From the NCBI RefSeq assembly GCF_035594765.1, contig NC_085842.1, positions 89,690,782-89,754,781 of the forward strand: DNA of 64,000 nt, in the 5' to 3' direction. Source of the stretch: Anolis carolinensis (lineage: Eukaryota). Position 1 is the first letter of the stretch; each line of letters opens with the position of its first letter. A model generated the notes under the pieces. That model ran no database searches and was not told the origin of the DNA. It worked only from the letters and a program-made list of their open reading frames with translations. Below, in pieces: positions 1 to 12,248 of this stretch. The position numbers and the translations under genes are program-made.

Positions 1-1530
1 TTACACAGATCGCAGATTTGCTAGTCATTTATATATGGATCTGTTGTTCAGTGTGCTATGGTCTCCATACAATCAGTTTGTGATATCCTGTTTTCACAGT
101 GAAGCATGTACAAGAAAAAAACTTGGAAGGAAAATTGATGTTTCTAATCCAGATATATTTTTTCAAGCATTTTCTCTGATACACTAATTTTTAATCTTCC
201 CACATATAGGCTGTGTCATACCAGTGCCTCATCCTGCAAAAGTGGTACAATGGGTATCATCCTAAGAAGAGAGGACAAGGTGGCCCTCCAGATGTTGGGC
301 TGTAACCCATCAGCCCCACCCATATAGCAAATGGCAAAGAATGATGGGAATTATAGTCCAATATCTGGAGGACCATCTTTGTCATCCCTGCTTTTAAATG
401 TTCACAAAAAAGAGCTGGTGTGGGCCTTTGTATAAGGGATGGGTATTTCCAATGGGGAAGAGCAGCTCTTTCAGATAAGATGCTTTTCCAGCTTCATGTT
501 TTTGTTTTTTGTTTTTAATAAAAGGAGCCTCAGAAGGGTTGGAAGCAGGACCATTACAGAGCCCCAGCCTTGTAATATATTCAGATCCTGGCAGGGTAGA
601 ACTGAAACTTCCCTGTCTCCTGTAGGTCTTTTTCCTGCATGTACTTGGCCTATGTCCTGGTGGTCAGAGGTGCTTTTCAGCTGAAATATAAAATGTGTGG
701 CATTTACACTACATCCTGTTTTGGACCACTGTAGCTAAAGAATAGAAGTACAGAGAAAATAGAAAATACCATTAGAAGTTTTTTTTATTCTAGGCTGTTT
801 CCTTTCGGTATTCGTTATGCCTTCAAAGCATGGGATAACAACCCACATGTAAATCTAAATGAAGAGATGGAAACAAGGAAGAGGCATAGATCCCAGCTTT
901 GAGCCTGTTACAGAGGCAACACCAAGATTGCTATCTGGCAGCAATGGTGGACTGGCCGATCACCACACTCCATGGAAGCTGAGCTATTCACTTTCACCAT
1001 CTTGCACCTAGTGGAGTCTACAAAAAAGAAACAGCCTCTGCTTGGAATTGCCTGGTCAGTCCCCAAAGTTCACTATCACTCCATCCTGTGTCCCAAGGAA
1101 CAGCAGCAGCAATAAGTTGGGGGGCCCTTGGAGGAGGGCAGGAGCTTTGCCTGCCGCTGTCCTGTCCCATCCTCCCCACCCCCCTCCAGCTTTAAGATCT
1201 GTGACTTTGTTAAACCACCTATTATCAATAAACTGCCACTACTTCAGGTAAAGAGTTTCAGAATGTATTTCTTTCCATGTTTCCTCTCTGGGGAAGGAGG
1301 AAATTGGGGGAGGAAGAAAATAACGGATTAAGGGAGATGGGTAGTGTGAAACCTTAGCCATGAAAATTCTTGGAGCGTATTGACCCATACTTTGCATGTT
1401 TTGTTATAATTTCCACCGTGCCTGACAGCTTTCTTCTAGGGTTTGTTCCACTGGAAACCCATAAAAGAAAATATTGTGATATATCGATGAACATTTAACA
1501 AAACTGGCCACAATAAATCTTTACTCAACT
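1..1530 (+). other. Probable 3' UTR of an upstream gene (CLTB by synteny)
   Basis: Largely TE-poor; AATAAA at ~1227 and 1512; CLTB lies convergent to HIGD2A in human. No coding sequence seen, so this is inference only. Confidence 0.35.
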
Positions 1531-2089
1531 AAAAAGAAAAAAAAGATTTATAGATTTTGGTCTTGGAGACATTTATAGTACACTTGGATACTTACGACTT
1601 TTTAAAAAAAGTAATTGAAAAGTTCATTGAAAAGTATGAATCACAATTTCTCATTTTACACATTCTCTGGAAGAATAGTAGAAAGGCTTCTCAGTTAATT
1701 CCCTCAACTCTTTCAAAAGAAAATTTGTTTTTAGACCTCTTCTGCAATAAGTACAGGAGTGTATTAGTTGATTTTTAAAAGTAGCCTATATATTAAATTC
1801 TGATGGATTTAATTATGGATAGCTAAACAACCTATGAGATTATGCATAAATAAATGTATTGTACACTCGCAGCTTTAGTGTGTAATGATGGATAAATGCA
1901 GATAACTCTTTAAAAAAAGTTTGGTAAAAAATAAGCTGGATGTAATGTAAATGAAAAGCCAATTTCTAAAATATGAATACTAAAAAATATAGTCTCCCAA
2001 TGTATTTTAGAGGAACGTTTTCAATAAACTGAAATAGTTTCAGAGCCAATGGGAGTGGTCCAATGGCCTGAAGGCCACACTTTTCCCAT

Positions 2090-2460
2090 CCTCCTCCTCC
2101 TTCAATCACTCAGTCGTTTCCAACGTTTCGTGACCTCATGGACCAGTCCATGCCAGAGCTCCTTCAAGGTCAAGCCAGTCACTTCAAGGATACTATCCAT
2201 CTATCTTGCCCTTGGTCGGTCTCCTTTTTCCTTTCATTTTCTGCAGCATCATGATCTTTTCCAAGCTTTCTTGTTTTCTCATGATGTGGCCAAAATACTT
2301 CATCTTTGCCTCTAGTATCCTTCCCTCCAGTGAGCAGTCGGGCATTATTTCCTGGAGGATGGACTGGTTGGATCCTTTTGTAGTCCAAGACACTCAGGAT
2401 TTTCCTCCAGCATCAAAGTTCAAAAGCATCTATCTTCCTTCGCTCAGCCTTCCTTATGAT
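2090..2460 (-). mobile_element. BovB (RTE clade) LINE 3' fragment
   Basis: Encodes SNQSILQEIMP..SLEGRILEAKMKYFGHIMR; homologous to 32630-33020. Confidence 0.85.
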
Positions 2461-2812
2461 CCCACCCTGCCCTAAGGAAAATGGAAAGCCCCCACACCCC
2501 ACATATGCATGCACTCATTTAACAGCTTATGGCAGCTATGGTGATTACATGAAGACTAAGTAAACACATTTATAATGAGGAATAAATATTATAATAATTC
2601 ATCAGTTATAAATTCTATCCGCAATTACAATTTTCTGTAAGTTATTCAAATTGTCCCTTCGCAGCAATGTATTACTCAGTAGAGACTTTAATGGTTTACT
2701 GTAATTTCACGATACTTCTATACTATTGAAATCTTTAATTCTGTGAAGGGTGCATCCATTCCCTCTCCCCAGATGATGAGCTTTAAATATATTTTTGGAC
2801 ATTCTGTATATG

Positions 2813-4437
2813 CAGTGGGGAAAAAAGTATTTAGTCAGATACCAATTGTACAAGTTCTCCCACTGAAAAAGATGAAAGAGGCCTGTAATTGACCTCATAG
2901 ATAGACCTCAACTATGAGACAATATGAGAAAACACACCCAGAAAATCACATTGTCTGATTTTTCACAAATGTATTTGCAAACTATGGTGGAAAATAAGTA
3001 TTTGGTCCATAACAAAAGTTCATCTCAATACTTAGTTATATATCCTTTATTGGAAATGACAGAGGTCAAACGTTTTCTGCAAGTCCTCACAAGGTTGGCA
3101 CACAATGTTGCTGGTATGTTGGCCCATTCCTCCATGCAGATCTCCTCAAGAGTAGTGATGTTTTGGAGCTGTTGCTGGGCAACACGGACTTTCAAGACCT
3201 TGAAATGCTTCGTACGAAGCCACTCCTTTGTTGCCCTGGCGGTGTGCTTGGGATCACTGTCATGCTGAAAGACCCAGCAACATTTCATTTTCAGTGCCCT
3301 TGCTCATGGAAGGAGGTTTGCACTCCAAATCTCACGATACATGTCCCCATTCATTCTTTCATGTGTACGGATCAATCACCCCGGTCCCTTTGCAGAGAAA
3401 CAGCCCCAAAGCATGATGTTGCCACCCCATGCTTCATGGTGTTCTTTGGATGCAACTCAGCATTTTTTCTCTAAACACGAGTTGTGTTGCTGCCAAACAG
3501 TTCTACTTTGGTTTCATCTGACCATATGACATTCTCCCAATACTCTTCTGGATCATCCAAATGCTCTCTAGCAAACTTCAGTTGGCCCTGGGCATGTACT
3601 GGTTTAAGCAGGGGGACACGTCTGGCACTGCAGGATCTGAGTCCCTGGCGGCGTAGTGTTACTGATGGTAGCCTTTGTTACGTTGGTCCCAGCTTTCTGC
3701 AGGTCACTCACTAGGTTACCCTGTGTGGTTCTGGGATTTTTGCTCACCGTTCTTGTGATCATTTTGACCCCATGGGGTGAGATCTTGCGTGGAGCCCCAG
3801 ATCGAGGGAGATTATCAGGGGTCTTGTATCTTTTCCATTTTCTAATTATTGCTCCCACCGTTGATTTCTTCACACCAAGCTGCTTGCCTATTGCAGATTC
3901 AGTCTTCCCAGTCTGGTGCAGGGCTACAATTTTGTTTCTGGTGTCCTTCAACAGCTCTTTGGTCTTCACCATAGTGGAGTTTGGAATGTGACTGCTTGAG
4001 GTTGTGGACAGGTGTCTTTTATACTGATAACAAGTTCAAATCGGTGCCATTACTACAGGTAATGAGTGGAGGACAGAGGAGCCTCTTAAGAAGTTACAGG
4101 AGGGTGAGACACAGAAATCTTGCTTGTTTGGAGGTGACTAAATACTTATTTTCCACCATAATTTGCAAATAAATTTGTGAAAAATCAGACAATGTTATTT
4201 TCTGGATGTGTTTTCTCATGTTGTCTCTCATCCTTGAGGTCTACCTATGTCAGTTACAGGCCCCTCTCATCTTTTGAAGTGGGAGAACTTATACTGTTTT
4301 ATGACTGTTTTTAATCATGTTGAAGTTTTACTGCTCGGTTTAATGTTTTATCTGATTTGTGCTGTCGTGTCTGGGCATGGCCCCATGTAAGCCGCCCCGA
4401 GTCCCTCCGGGGAGATGGGGCGGGATATAAGAATAAA

Positions 4438-4488
<51 letters not shown>

Positions 4489-4525
4489 CAATTGATATCT
4501 GACTAAATCTCCCCCCCTCCCACTG
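2813..4525 (-). mobile_element. Tc1-like (IR/DR) DNA transposon, decayed transposase
   Basis: ~200-bp ITRs starting CAGTGGGG with internal AAGTATTT.GTC direct repeats; TA flank at right; transposase N-terminus 3604-3972, WSDET and FQHDSDPKH motifs, frameshifts, SPDLNPIE segment deleted. Confidence 0.92.
4291..4487 (+). mobile_element. L2-type LINE 3' tail with (TTA)n, inserted in the Tc1 ITR
   Basis: GTAAGCCGCCCCGAGTCCC..GGCGGGATATAAGAATAAA(ATT)n splits the ITR sequence GAGAACTT|GTACAATTG. Confidence 0.7.
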
Positions 4526-5234
4526 TATATGACAATAAGATGCAAGGTCCAATTGTAAGAAAGTAACTACATAATATTCTATTTAGCCTGGTTCCCAGGG
4601 GGAGGGGGTGTCTTTCAGCCTCCATTTGGGTTAAAATACATTAAAACAAAATCAAGATAGAGAGATGTAGTGCTTTCCTTTTATTGCAACATCGCAGACT
4701 TCAGCCCCTAAACTCACATTTTGTCCCAAAAATCTCGGAATGGGAGGCTGTGGAGGTAGGAACTCCAATTTAATTGTACATTGTTCAGTGATTGCATTTT
4801 TACCATTGTTTTAGAAATATATGAAGTAATATAAGTTGAAACCTTGATTTAAAACTGTAAACAAGGAGAGAAGGCATTTTAGTTTCTAAGCATCACACAG
4901 CTACAAGGGTAGTATGTGTGGCCTACTTGTTTCTGATCTCCCAATCATGAAATTTTCTCCTGTTGGCCCTCCATATCCACGTATTCTGTGTCTATGAATT
5001 CAAACATCCACAGCTTAAAAATACATTTTTAATTCCAAAAAGCAAAGCTTGATTTTGACATATTAGGGACAGCACTTTCCTATGTCACTGTATATAATGG
5101 GACTTCAGCATTAATGGATTTTGGTATCCAGCGAGGGCCCTGGAATCAAATCACAACAGATGCCATGGCACTATCAGTCATACAATATGCGCCTTTTAGC
5201 AGTAGTGAAAGATTTCAACTCATTTAAGAAAGTA

Positions 5235-6301
5235 TTAGTTGTGCCCGGCCACGCGTTGCTGTGGCTTATGAGAATCATTTGTTGACCAGGTGGAATAGCA
5301 GTGAATAGCCTTGCAGCCACAAAGCCTAACTGTTTTCTTCTTTTGGGAATCCTTGTTTGGCGAGTTGGAATGCAATGGAATACACTTGCTGCTTGGAAGG
5401 CTGGGTACTTGTGTTCTAGAGGAACTTTTTTTTTTGGGTTGCTAGAATTGCAATGAATAGCCTGGCTGCTTGCTACCTAGGAGATCTTTGGTTGGTCATC
5501 TTCAATAGTACAGAGTGGTATCGCTGCTTCAAAGCCTGGCCACCTTCTACCAAGGTTAATTCTTTGTTGGTCTGGTTGAATTGCACTGAATAGCCTTGCA
5601 GCTACAATGCCTAGCTGTGTTATAGCTAGGGGAATTTTTGGTTGGCGAGCTGGAGTAGCACCCTCAATCAAAGAGCCTGGCTACTTCCTTTATAGGGGAA
5701 TCATTGTTTGGACAGCTTGAATTGCACTGAATAGTCTTGCTGCTTCCAAGTCTGGCCAATTTCTACCTTGTGGAATCCTTGGTTGCCCAGGTTGAATAGC
5801 AATTAAAAGTCTTGGTGCTGCAAGTATGAATGCTGCAATTAGTCACCTTATTAGCATTTAATGGCCTTGCAGCTTCAAAGCCTGGATACTTCCTGCCTGG
5901 GGAAATCCTTTGTTGGGAGGTGTTAGCTGGCCCTGTTTTCCTGTCTGGAATTTACTTGTTTTCAGAGTGTTGTTCTTTCTTTACTGTCCTGATTTTAGAG
6001 ATTATATTGTTCTGTATTATTATACCACAGTAATTATTATATATTTATAATCGTCTACTATCTGCTTAGAAGTGGATTATATGAGGCCCCTTCTACATAG
6101 CTGTATAAAATCCACACTGAACTGGGTTATATGGCAGTGTGGACTTAAGATAATCCAGTTTATTTTTCTAGGGTTTTTTTTGTTTGAAAGACATAGACTG
6201 GATGACTATGTCTTTTGTGGCCAAATTGGGTGTGATTTGGTTCAGTGGTTTTGTTGTTTACTCCATAGTAAAACGGCATATTACATTTTTATATATATAG
6301 T
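5235..6301 (-). mobile_element. Non-autonomous Helitron A
   Basis: Minus strand: 5' (A)CTATATATATAAAA, 3' hairpin GCCACAGCAACGCGTGGC then CTAA|T; internal Penelope-derived repeats. Confidence 0.8.
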
Positions 6302-6556
6302 CAGCCGGACCCTGAGAACATCAAACTATAGGCAGGAAATGGGATAAAAAGAGATTGGAGGAATATGCTGTAAACTACACGTCATAAATAGACTATGTCC
6401 TACACAGAATCATGTTTTATTGCAGTTTCCACTAGCTGGCTGCAAATTGTAAAGCCACAAGAAATTATCTTGACAAGAAGCAGGCTAGCTTTATTACTAT
6501 GCAAATTTTATTTAATTTATATCATATCTGCATCCCAACAAGAGACCCAAGGCAGG

Positions 6557-6730
6557 CCATAATTTGCAATAAATTCATGAAAAATCAGACAATGTGATTT
6601 TCTGAATGTGTTTTCTCATGTTGTCTCTCATAGTTGAGGTCTACCTATGGTGTCAATTACAGGCCTCTCTCATCTTTTTAAGTGGGAGAACTTGTACAAT
6701 TGGAATCTGACTAAATACTCCCCCCCACTG
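6557..6730. mobile_element. Solo Tc1 ITR (same family as 2813-4525)
   Basis: Direct match to 4155-4290 plus 4488-4525; ends CCCACTG|TA. Confidence 0.88.
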
Positions 6731-7357
6731 TATATGATTTAGGGCAACATTCTTCTTGCATACAAGATGCACCATTTCGAACTATGGTGTTTTTTTTAGT
6801 GATTGACAAATATGTGCAAGAGCAGTACATGGATATATCAAGAGTTGGCAAAGAGACTAAAAGTTCAGAAGGTTAACAGTTCAGTGCAATTCAGCAAGTG
6901 AAGACAAGAACCCATATCAGAAGAGACATTACCTCTCCAGTCTTTGACTATGAGTGTGTCTCAAAAAAAGAGAAATGAGATTGTCTATTTGTATACACTT
7001 GCCTGTTATATATATATATATTCTCATATCTAATCCCAAAGATGTGTAGTATATGTGTATGTGCGTGTTTAGAACCATATATTTGCCCACATACTTTCCT
7101 CCCAATAAGCTTTGCTAATGTCGGATGCTCCAAGATATTGGTCTATAAGACAGAAAAAGAAATGTATAAACCAGTGACAAGATTGAATCACTTGAATATA
7201 TTAGCAGTAATATAAAAATCCAGAGCCTTTCGGCAGCAGATGATCACCTCTAAGATAACATTGAGACATCATCATGGAAGACAAGCATGTCAGAAAGTCC
7301 CATTCCTAGGCTACATGGCATTGGACAGTCACATGTTCCGACATGGCAGCAGTGTGT

Positions 7358-7524
7358 TCACTTCTTGGGTTTCAGTGCCGTAACAACTACACCCACGACC
7401 AAGGCTGCAACGGTGAAGCCCTGAGCCAGGATTCGTGCCCGCATCATTATCTGGGACTGGTGGGTGTTGCCCCTCTTAAAACAGATTAGCCCATAGGTCA
7501 GGACTCCTGCTGTACCAAGGCAGC
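7358..7524 (-). CDS. HIGD2A: HIGD2A coding exon 2 (HIG1 domain, QxxMRARxxAQ motif)
   Basis: TAG acceptor; (G)CLGTAGVLTYGLICFKRGNTHQSQIMMRARILAQGFTVAALVVGVVVTALKPKK*; spliced CDS 312 nt = 103 aa. Confidence 0.95.
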
Positions 7525-7869
7525 CTATAGAGAAGGGCAAGAGAGACATGTGTCAAAAAGCAACATGAGATCATGGAGGCCTGTGTATCTTGTAGACAGG
7601 AAATCAACTGTCTGAAGAGATTTAGGTTCACTTTAATTTAGTCTACATATCCCCTGCCCGGAATTAGATACAGTTGGTGTTCCACATTTGCAGCCTTAAT
7701 GTTTACAGATTTCATTATTAGAAGATTTGATACAGATATTTTCTCTCAGAATCTCTATGTCCCGCAGAATGATTTCTAGCAAAAATTGACCACAGAGTCG
7801 CCCTGGAGGATCTAGAGATTCCTAGAGAGAAAATCTTAATCAAATATATAAATAATAAAATACAGAATA

Positions 7870-8192
7870 CAGTAGAGTCTCACTTATCCAACATAAATGA
7901 GCCGGCAGAATGTTGGATAAGCGAATATGTTGGATAATAAGGAGGCATTAAGGAAAAGCCTATTAAATATCAAATTAGGTTATGATTTTACAAATGAAGC
8001 ACCAGAACATCGTGTTAGACAACAAATTTGGCAGAAAAAGTAGTTCAATACGCAGTAATGCTATGTAGTAATTACTGTATTTATGAATTTAGCACCAAAA
8101 TATCACGATATATTGAAAACATTGACTACAAAAATGCGTTGGATAATCCAGAACGTTGGATAAGCGAGTGTTGGATAAGTGAGACTCTACTG
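7870..8192. mobile_element. pogo/Tigger-like MITE
   Basis: TIR CAGTAGAGTCTCACTTATCCAAC; TA target duplication. Confidence 0.85.
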
Positions 8193-8963
8193 TAGTTATA
8201 TCAGATTGGGAGAGCTTACTTATTTAGTTACACCCTCAAAGGCAATGACTGAGCACACACTCATAGAGGTAAGCTACACTGCATGAAACGAGGTCCATTC
8301 ATTCAGAATGGTGGAAGTGTATACTGAATATACACCAATCAAAATCAAATTTGATGTAACCTCAAATTTCCAATAGCCACGACAAAGAAGGTGGAAGCCT
8401 GTCCCCACCCAAAAGTAAATATGGTTGTCTAAGGCTGTATATTACAATTTCCTTAAACTATCAACTATAAAAACACTCTGCTCAGTGCTTGCTGAGTAAG
8501 ATTTATTGCATAATCATCCAACTAGTAAAATAAATTGAACAAAGATTAAAGGAAATGCAATCTCTCAAAAAACCCAAGAGAGCACTCATGGCTTTTTGGA
8601 AGAATGTTAAGGTTATAAAAAAAAAATCAAAATCTTAAGAGAAAATCTACAAAACAATGATACTTTAGTCCATACAAATTCAAGAATTATATCACAATAC
8701 AGTGTTTTGTTGATGTAAAACCAAATGCTTTATATTCTTTCTATTTTGGAAAACTAATAAAAAGCGGCTGAGGGGGAAAAGGAAGGGGCCTGAGGCTGTT
8801 AGGAACGGCGGGAGTTGAAGTCCAAAACACCTGGAGGGAGGGCCCAAGCTGGCCGAGGCCTGGTCAAGACCTTGTAAAGCAGGCCTGGGCAAACTTGGGC
8901 TCTTCAGGTGTTTCCTAAAAGAACTGTGGGAGTTCTGGCAGGCCTGGTGGTGTAAACCCTTAC

Positions 8964-9108
8964 CGACGGGCACCAGCGGGTTCTCGCGGGTCTTGCGCAG
9001 GAACTTGTCCGCGAAGCCCTCCTCGCGGCGCTGGAAAGCGCCCGGCTGGAAGCCCTCGATCAAAGGGGGGCGGCTGGGGTCAAACGGAGGCGGAGGGGCC
9101 TGAGTCAT
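8964..9108 (-). CDS. HIGD2A: HIG1 hypoxia-inducible domain family member 2A, coding exon 1
   Basis: ATG at 9108; MTQAPPPPFDPSRPPLIEGF...FADKFLRKTRENPLVPV(G); GTAAG donor at 8963; phase 1. Confidence 0.95.
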
Positions 9109-9109
9109 G

Positions 9110-9497
9110 ACGACCGAGGAGGGCGAGTAAGAGGAAAACAGCCACACGCTCACTCGCTTCGCTCCACACTTTAATGACTCTCCTCGGCCCCCGTAGTCAC
9201 CTCTGCAGCCAATCGTGTTCTCTTTATGAACCGTATTGTACTATGTACTGCTGGGAGCTGTAGTCCAACTGGCTTTTCCGTGCAATGCGAGCCGCTGGTT
9301 GGAATGAAGGCTGCTGGGAGTTGTAGTCCAATTAGCCGTCCTTCTCCTATGAATGCAAAAGCATTGGCTGGCACGCAGAACTACCACTCCCATCGGCCAA
9401 TGCGCGCCGATTCCGCTGATTCTGCTGCTGCGCAGACGAGGACTTCTGCGCCGCGTGGGGGAAGTGGCGTCTGTTTCAGGAGAGCGAGTGAGCGACG
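9110..9497. promoter_or_regulatory. Bidirectional HIGD2A/NOP16 promoter
   Basis: About 390 bp between divergent ATGs, CpG-rich; three ACTACANNTCCCA-like (ZNF143/THAP11-type) motifs at ~9250, ~9313, ~9379; several CCAAT boxes; GGAAGT ETS motif at ~9460. Confidence 0.8.
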
Positions 9498-9604
9498 ATG
9501 CCGAAAGCCAAGCAGAAGCAGCGGCGGCGCAAGTTTAACTATAACATCAACCGCAAGAAGTTGAACAAAGCTGCTCGGAAGAAAGCGGCCCCCCGGATAA
9601 AATG
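9498..9604 (+). CDS. NOP16: Nucleolar protein 16, exon 1
   Basis: MPKAKQKQRRRKFNYNINRKKLNKAARKKAAPRIK; donor GTGAGT; phase 2. Confidence 0.95.
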
Positions 9605-9937
9605 GTGAGTAGCTGAGAATGACAAAAAGGAAGACATTCATGGGGTGTTGTTACGTTGTAGAGCAGGCATGGGCAACCTTCGGTCCTCCTTCAGTGGGCT
9701 GTTAGGAATTGTGAGAGTTGAAGTCCAAAACACCTGGAGGGAGGGCCCAAGGTTGTCCATGCCTGCTGTGGAGTGAATGCCGTTTGATGCCACTTTAGCA
9801 GCCATGACTCAGTGCTGTAGGATCCTGGGAACTGTGGTTTTACGAGGTCTTTAAGCTTTGTAAACTACATCAACAAACTACAAATCTCAGGAATCCACAA
9901 CAGAGCTTATCAACTAAAAGCACAGTTAAAAGCATAA

Positions 9938-12231
9938 TCTATCTTCTATATATATAAAAGAGTGATGGCATCACGGCGATTCACAAAACAACAAAAGTAC
10001 AGGCCCCCCAACCTCAAAATTTGACAACACAACCCATCATCCACGCCTCAAGGTTGATACAACAAAAAGAAAAGAAAAATAAAGTCCTAATTAGAGGGAG
10101 AGCAATAACTTTTTTTATCCAATTGCTGCCAGTTTAGAGGGCTAATCTCTGCCCACTTGGTTGCCTAGCAAGGGACAGCCAGGTTTCAGTTAGGGGACAG
10201 GCAGATTTAGGCCTCACTTAGACTTCTTCCACAGATTATCTAATTTGCACTGGATTATATGGCAGTGTAGACTCAAGGCCCTTCAACACAGCTATATAAC
10301 CCATTTATAATCTTATATTATCTGCTTTGCACTGGATTATCTTGACTCCACACTACCATATAATCCACTTCAGTGTGCATTTTATACAGCTGTGAAGAAG
10401 GAGCCTCATATAATCCAGTTCTGAGCAGACAATATAAGATTAGAAATATACAGTAGAGTCTCACTTATCCAACGTAAACAGGCCGGCAGGATAAGTGAAT
10501 ATGTTGAATAATAAGAAGGGATTCAGGAAAAGCCAATTAAACATCAAATTAGGTAATCGTTATACAAATTAAGCACCAAAACATCATATTATACAACAAA
10601 TTTGACAGAAAAAGTAGTTCCATGCACAGTAATGCTATGTAGTATTTACAGTAGAGCCTCACTTATCCAACACTCGCTTATCCAACGTTCTGGATTATCC
10701 AACACATTTTTGTAGTCAATGCTTTCAATATATCGTGATGTTTTGGTGCTAAATTCATAAATACAGTAATTACTATATAGCATTACTGTGTACTGAACTA
10801 CTTTTTCTGACAAATTTGTTGTCTAACATGATGTTTTGGTGCTTAATTTGTAAAATCATAACTTAATTTGATGTTTAATAGGGTTATCCTTAATTCCTCA
10901 TTATCCAACATATTCGCTTATCCAATATTCTGCCAGCCCGTTTATGTTGGATGAGACTCTACTGTACTGTATTTACAAATTTACCACTAAAATATCACAA
11001 TGAATTTAAAACACTGACTACAAAAACATTGATTATGAAAAGGCAGACTGCGTTGGATAATCCAGAACATTGTATAAGTGAATGTTGGATAAGTGAGATT
11101 CTACTTTAATATGAAATAATTACTGGGATAGAATAATGCAGAACAATATAATCTCTAAAACCAGGACAGTAAATAAACAGGGGAATTCCACACAGGAAAC
11201 AATCAGGGCCAGCTAACACCTCCCAACAAAGTATTCCCATCATCAAAGTCTGGAAAATCCTCTGTTTTCTCAGGGCCACAGACAGTAGAAGCACATAAAA
11301 TATCGCAAACAACACCACTCTGAAAACAAGGGAATTGATTATGAAAAGGCAGACTGCGTTGGATAATCCAGAACATTGTATAAGTGAATGTTGGATAAGT
11401 GAGATTCTACTTTAATATGAAATAATTACTGGGATAGAATAATGCAGAACAATATAATCTCTAAAACCAGGACAGTAAATAAACAGGGGAATTCCACACA
11501 GGAAACAATCAGGGCCAGCTAACACCTCCCAACAAAGTATTCCCATCATCAAAGTCTGGAAAATCCTCTGTTTTCTCAGGGCCACAGACAGTAGAAGCAC
11601 ATAAAATATCGCAAACAACACCACTCTGAAAACAAGGGAATTCCAGACAGGAAACAATCAGGGCCAGCTAACACCTCCCAACAAAAAATTCACTCAGGGA
11701 GGAAACAGCCAGGCTTTAAAGCTGCAAGGCCATTACATCCTAATCATTTTTCCTAATTGCAGCATTCATACTTGCCTCCAACAAACAAAAAAAACCATTC
11801 AGAAATATTGTATATTCACAACCTTTAGGAAATAATATCCCCTGATGGCGCAGCGTGTTAAAGCGCTGAGCTGCTGAACTTCTGGACTGAAAGGCCAGAG
11901 GTTTGAATTGGGGGAGCGGAGAGAGCCCCAGCTTCTGCCAACCCAGAAGTTCGAAAACATGCAAATGTGAGTATATCAATAGGTACTGCTCCGGCAGGAA
12001 GGTAACGCCGCTCCATGTAGTCATCCCACATGACCTTGGAGGAGTCTACGGACAACGCCGGCTCTTCGGCTTAGAAATGGAGATGAGTACCAACCCCCAG
12101 AGTCAGACATGACTGGACTTAATGTCTGGGGAAAACCTTTACCCTTGACCTTAACTACCACCAATTCCTCAATACTTTATTTCCCATACCACCAGACTTC
12201 GCCACAGCAACGCGTGGCCGGGCACAGCTAG
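9938..12231 (+). mobile_element. Non-autonomous Helitron B (composite; NOP16 intron 1)
   Basis: A|TC...TCTATATATATAAAAG 5' end; 3' hairpin plus CTAG|T; carries MITE, Penelope and Sauria SINE pieces; internal 306-bp tandem duplication. Confidence 0.88.
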
Positions 12232-12248
12232 TAACATATAACAATCTA

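Noticed and set aside
5300-5900. Regularly spaced short repeats (AATAGCCTTGCAGC..AAAGCCTGGC) resembling a CRISPR-like array
   Set aside because: Vertebrate DNA; the units are degenerate tandem copies of Penelope-derived Helitron cargo with homologous, not unique, spacers
11106-11657. Repeated hydrophobic 70-81 aa ORFs (also 23453-23698)
   Set aside because: Antisense reading of the A/C-rich Helitron cargo; identity reflects repeat copies, not coding constraint
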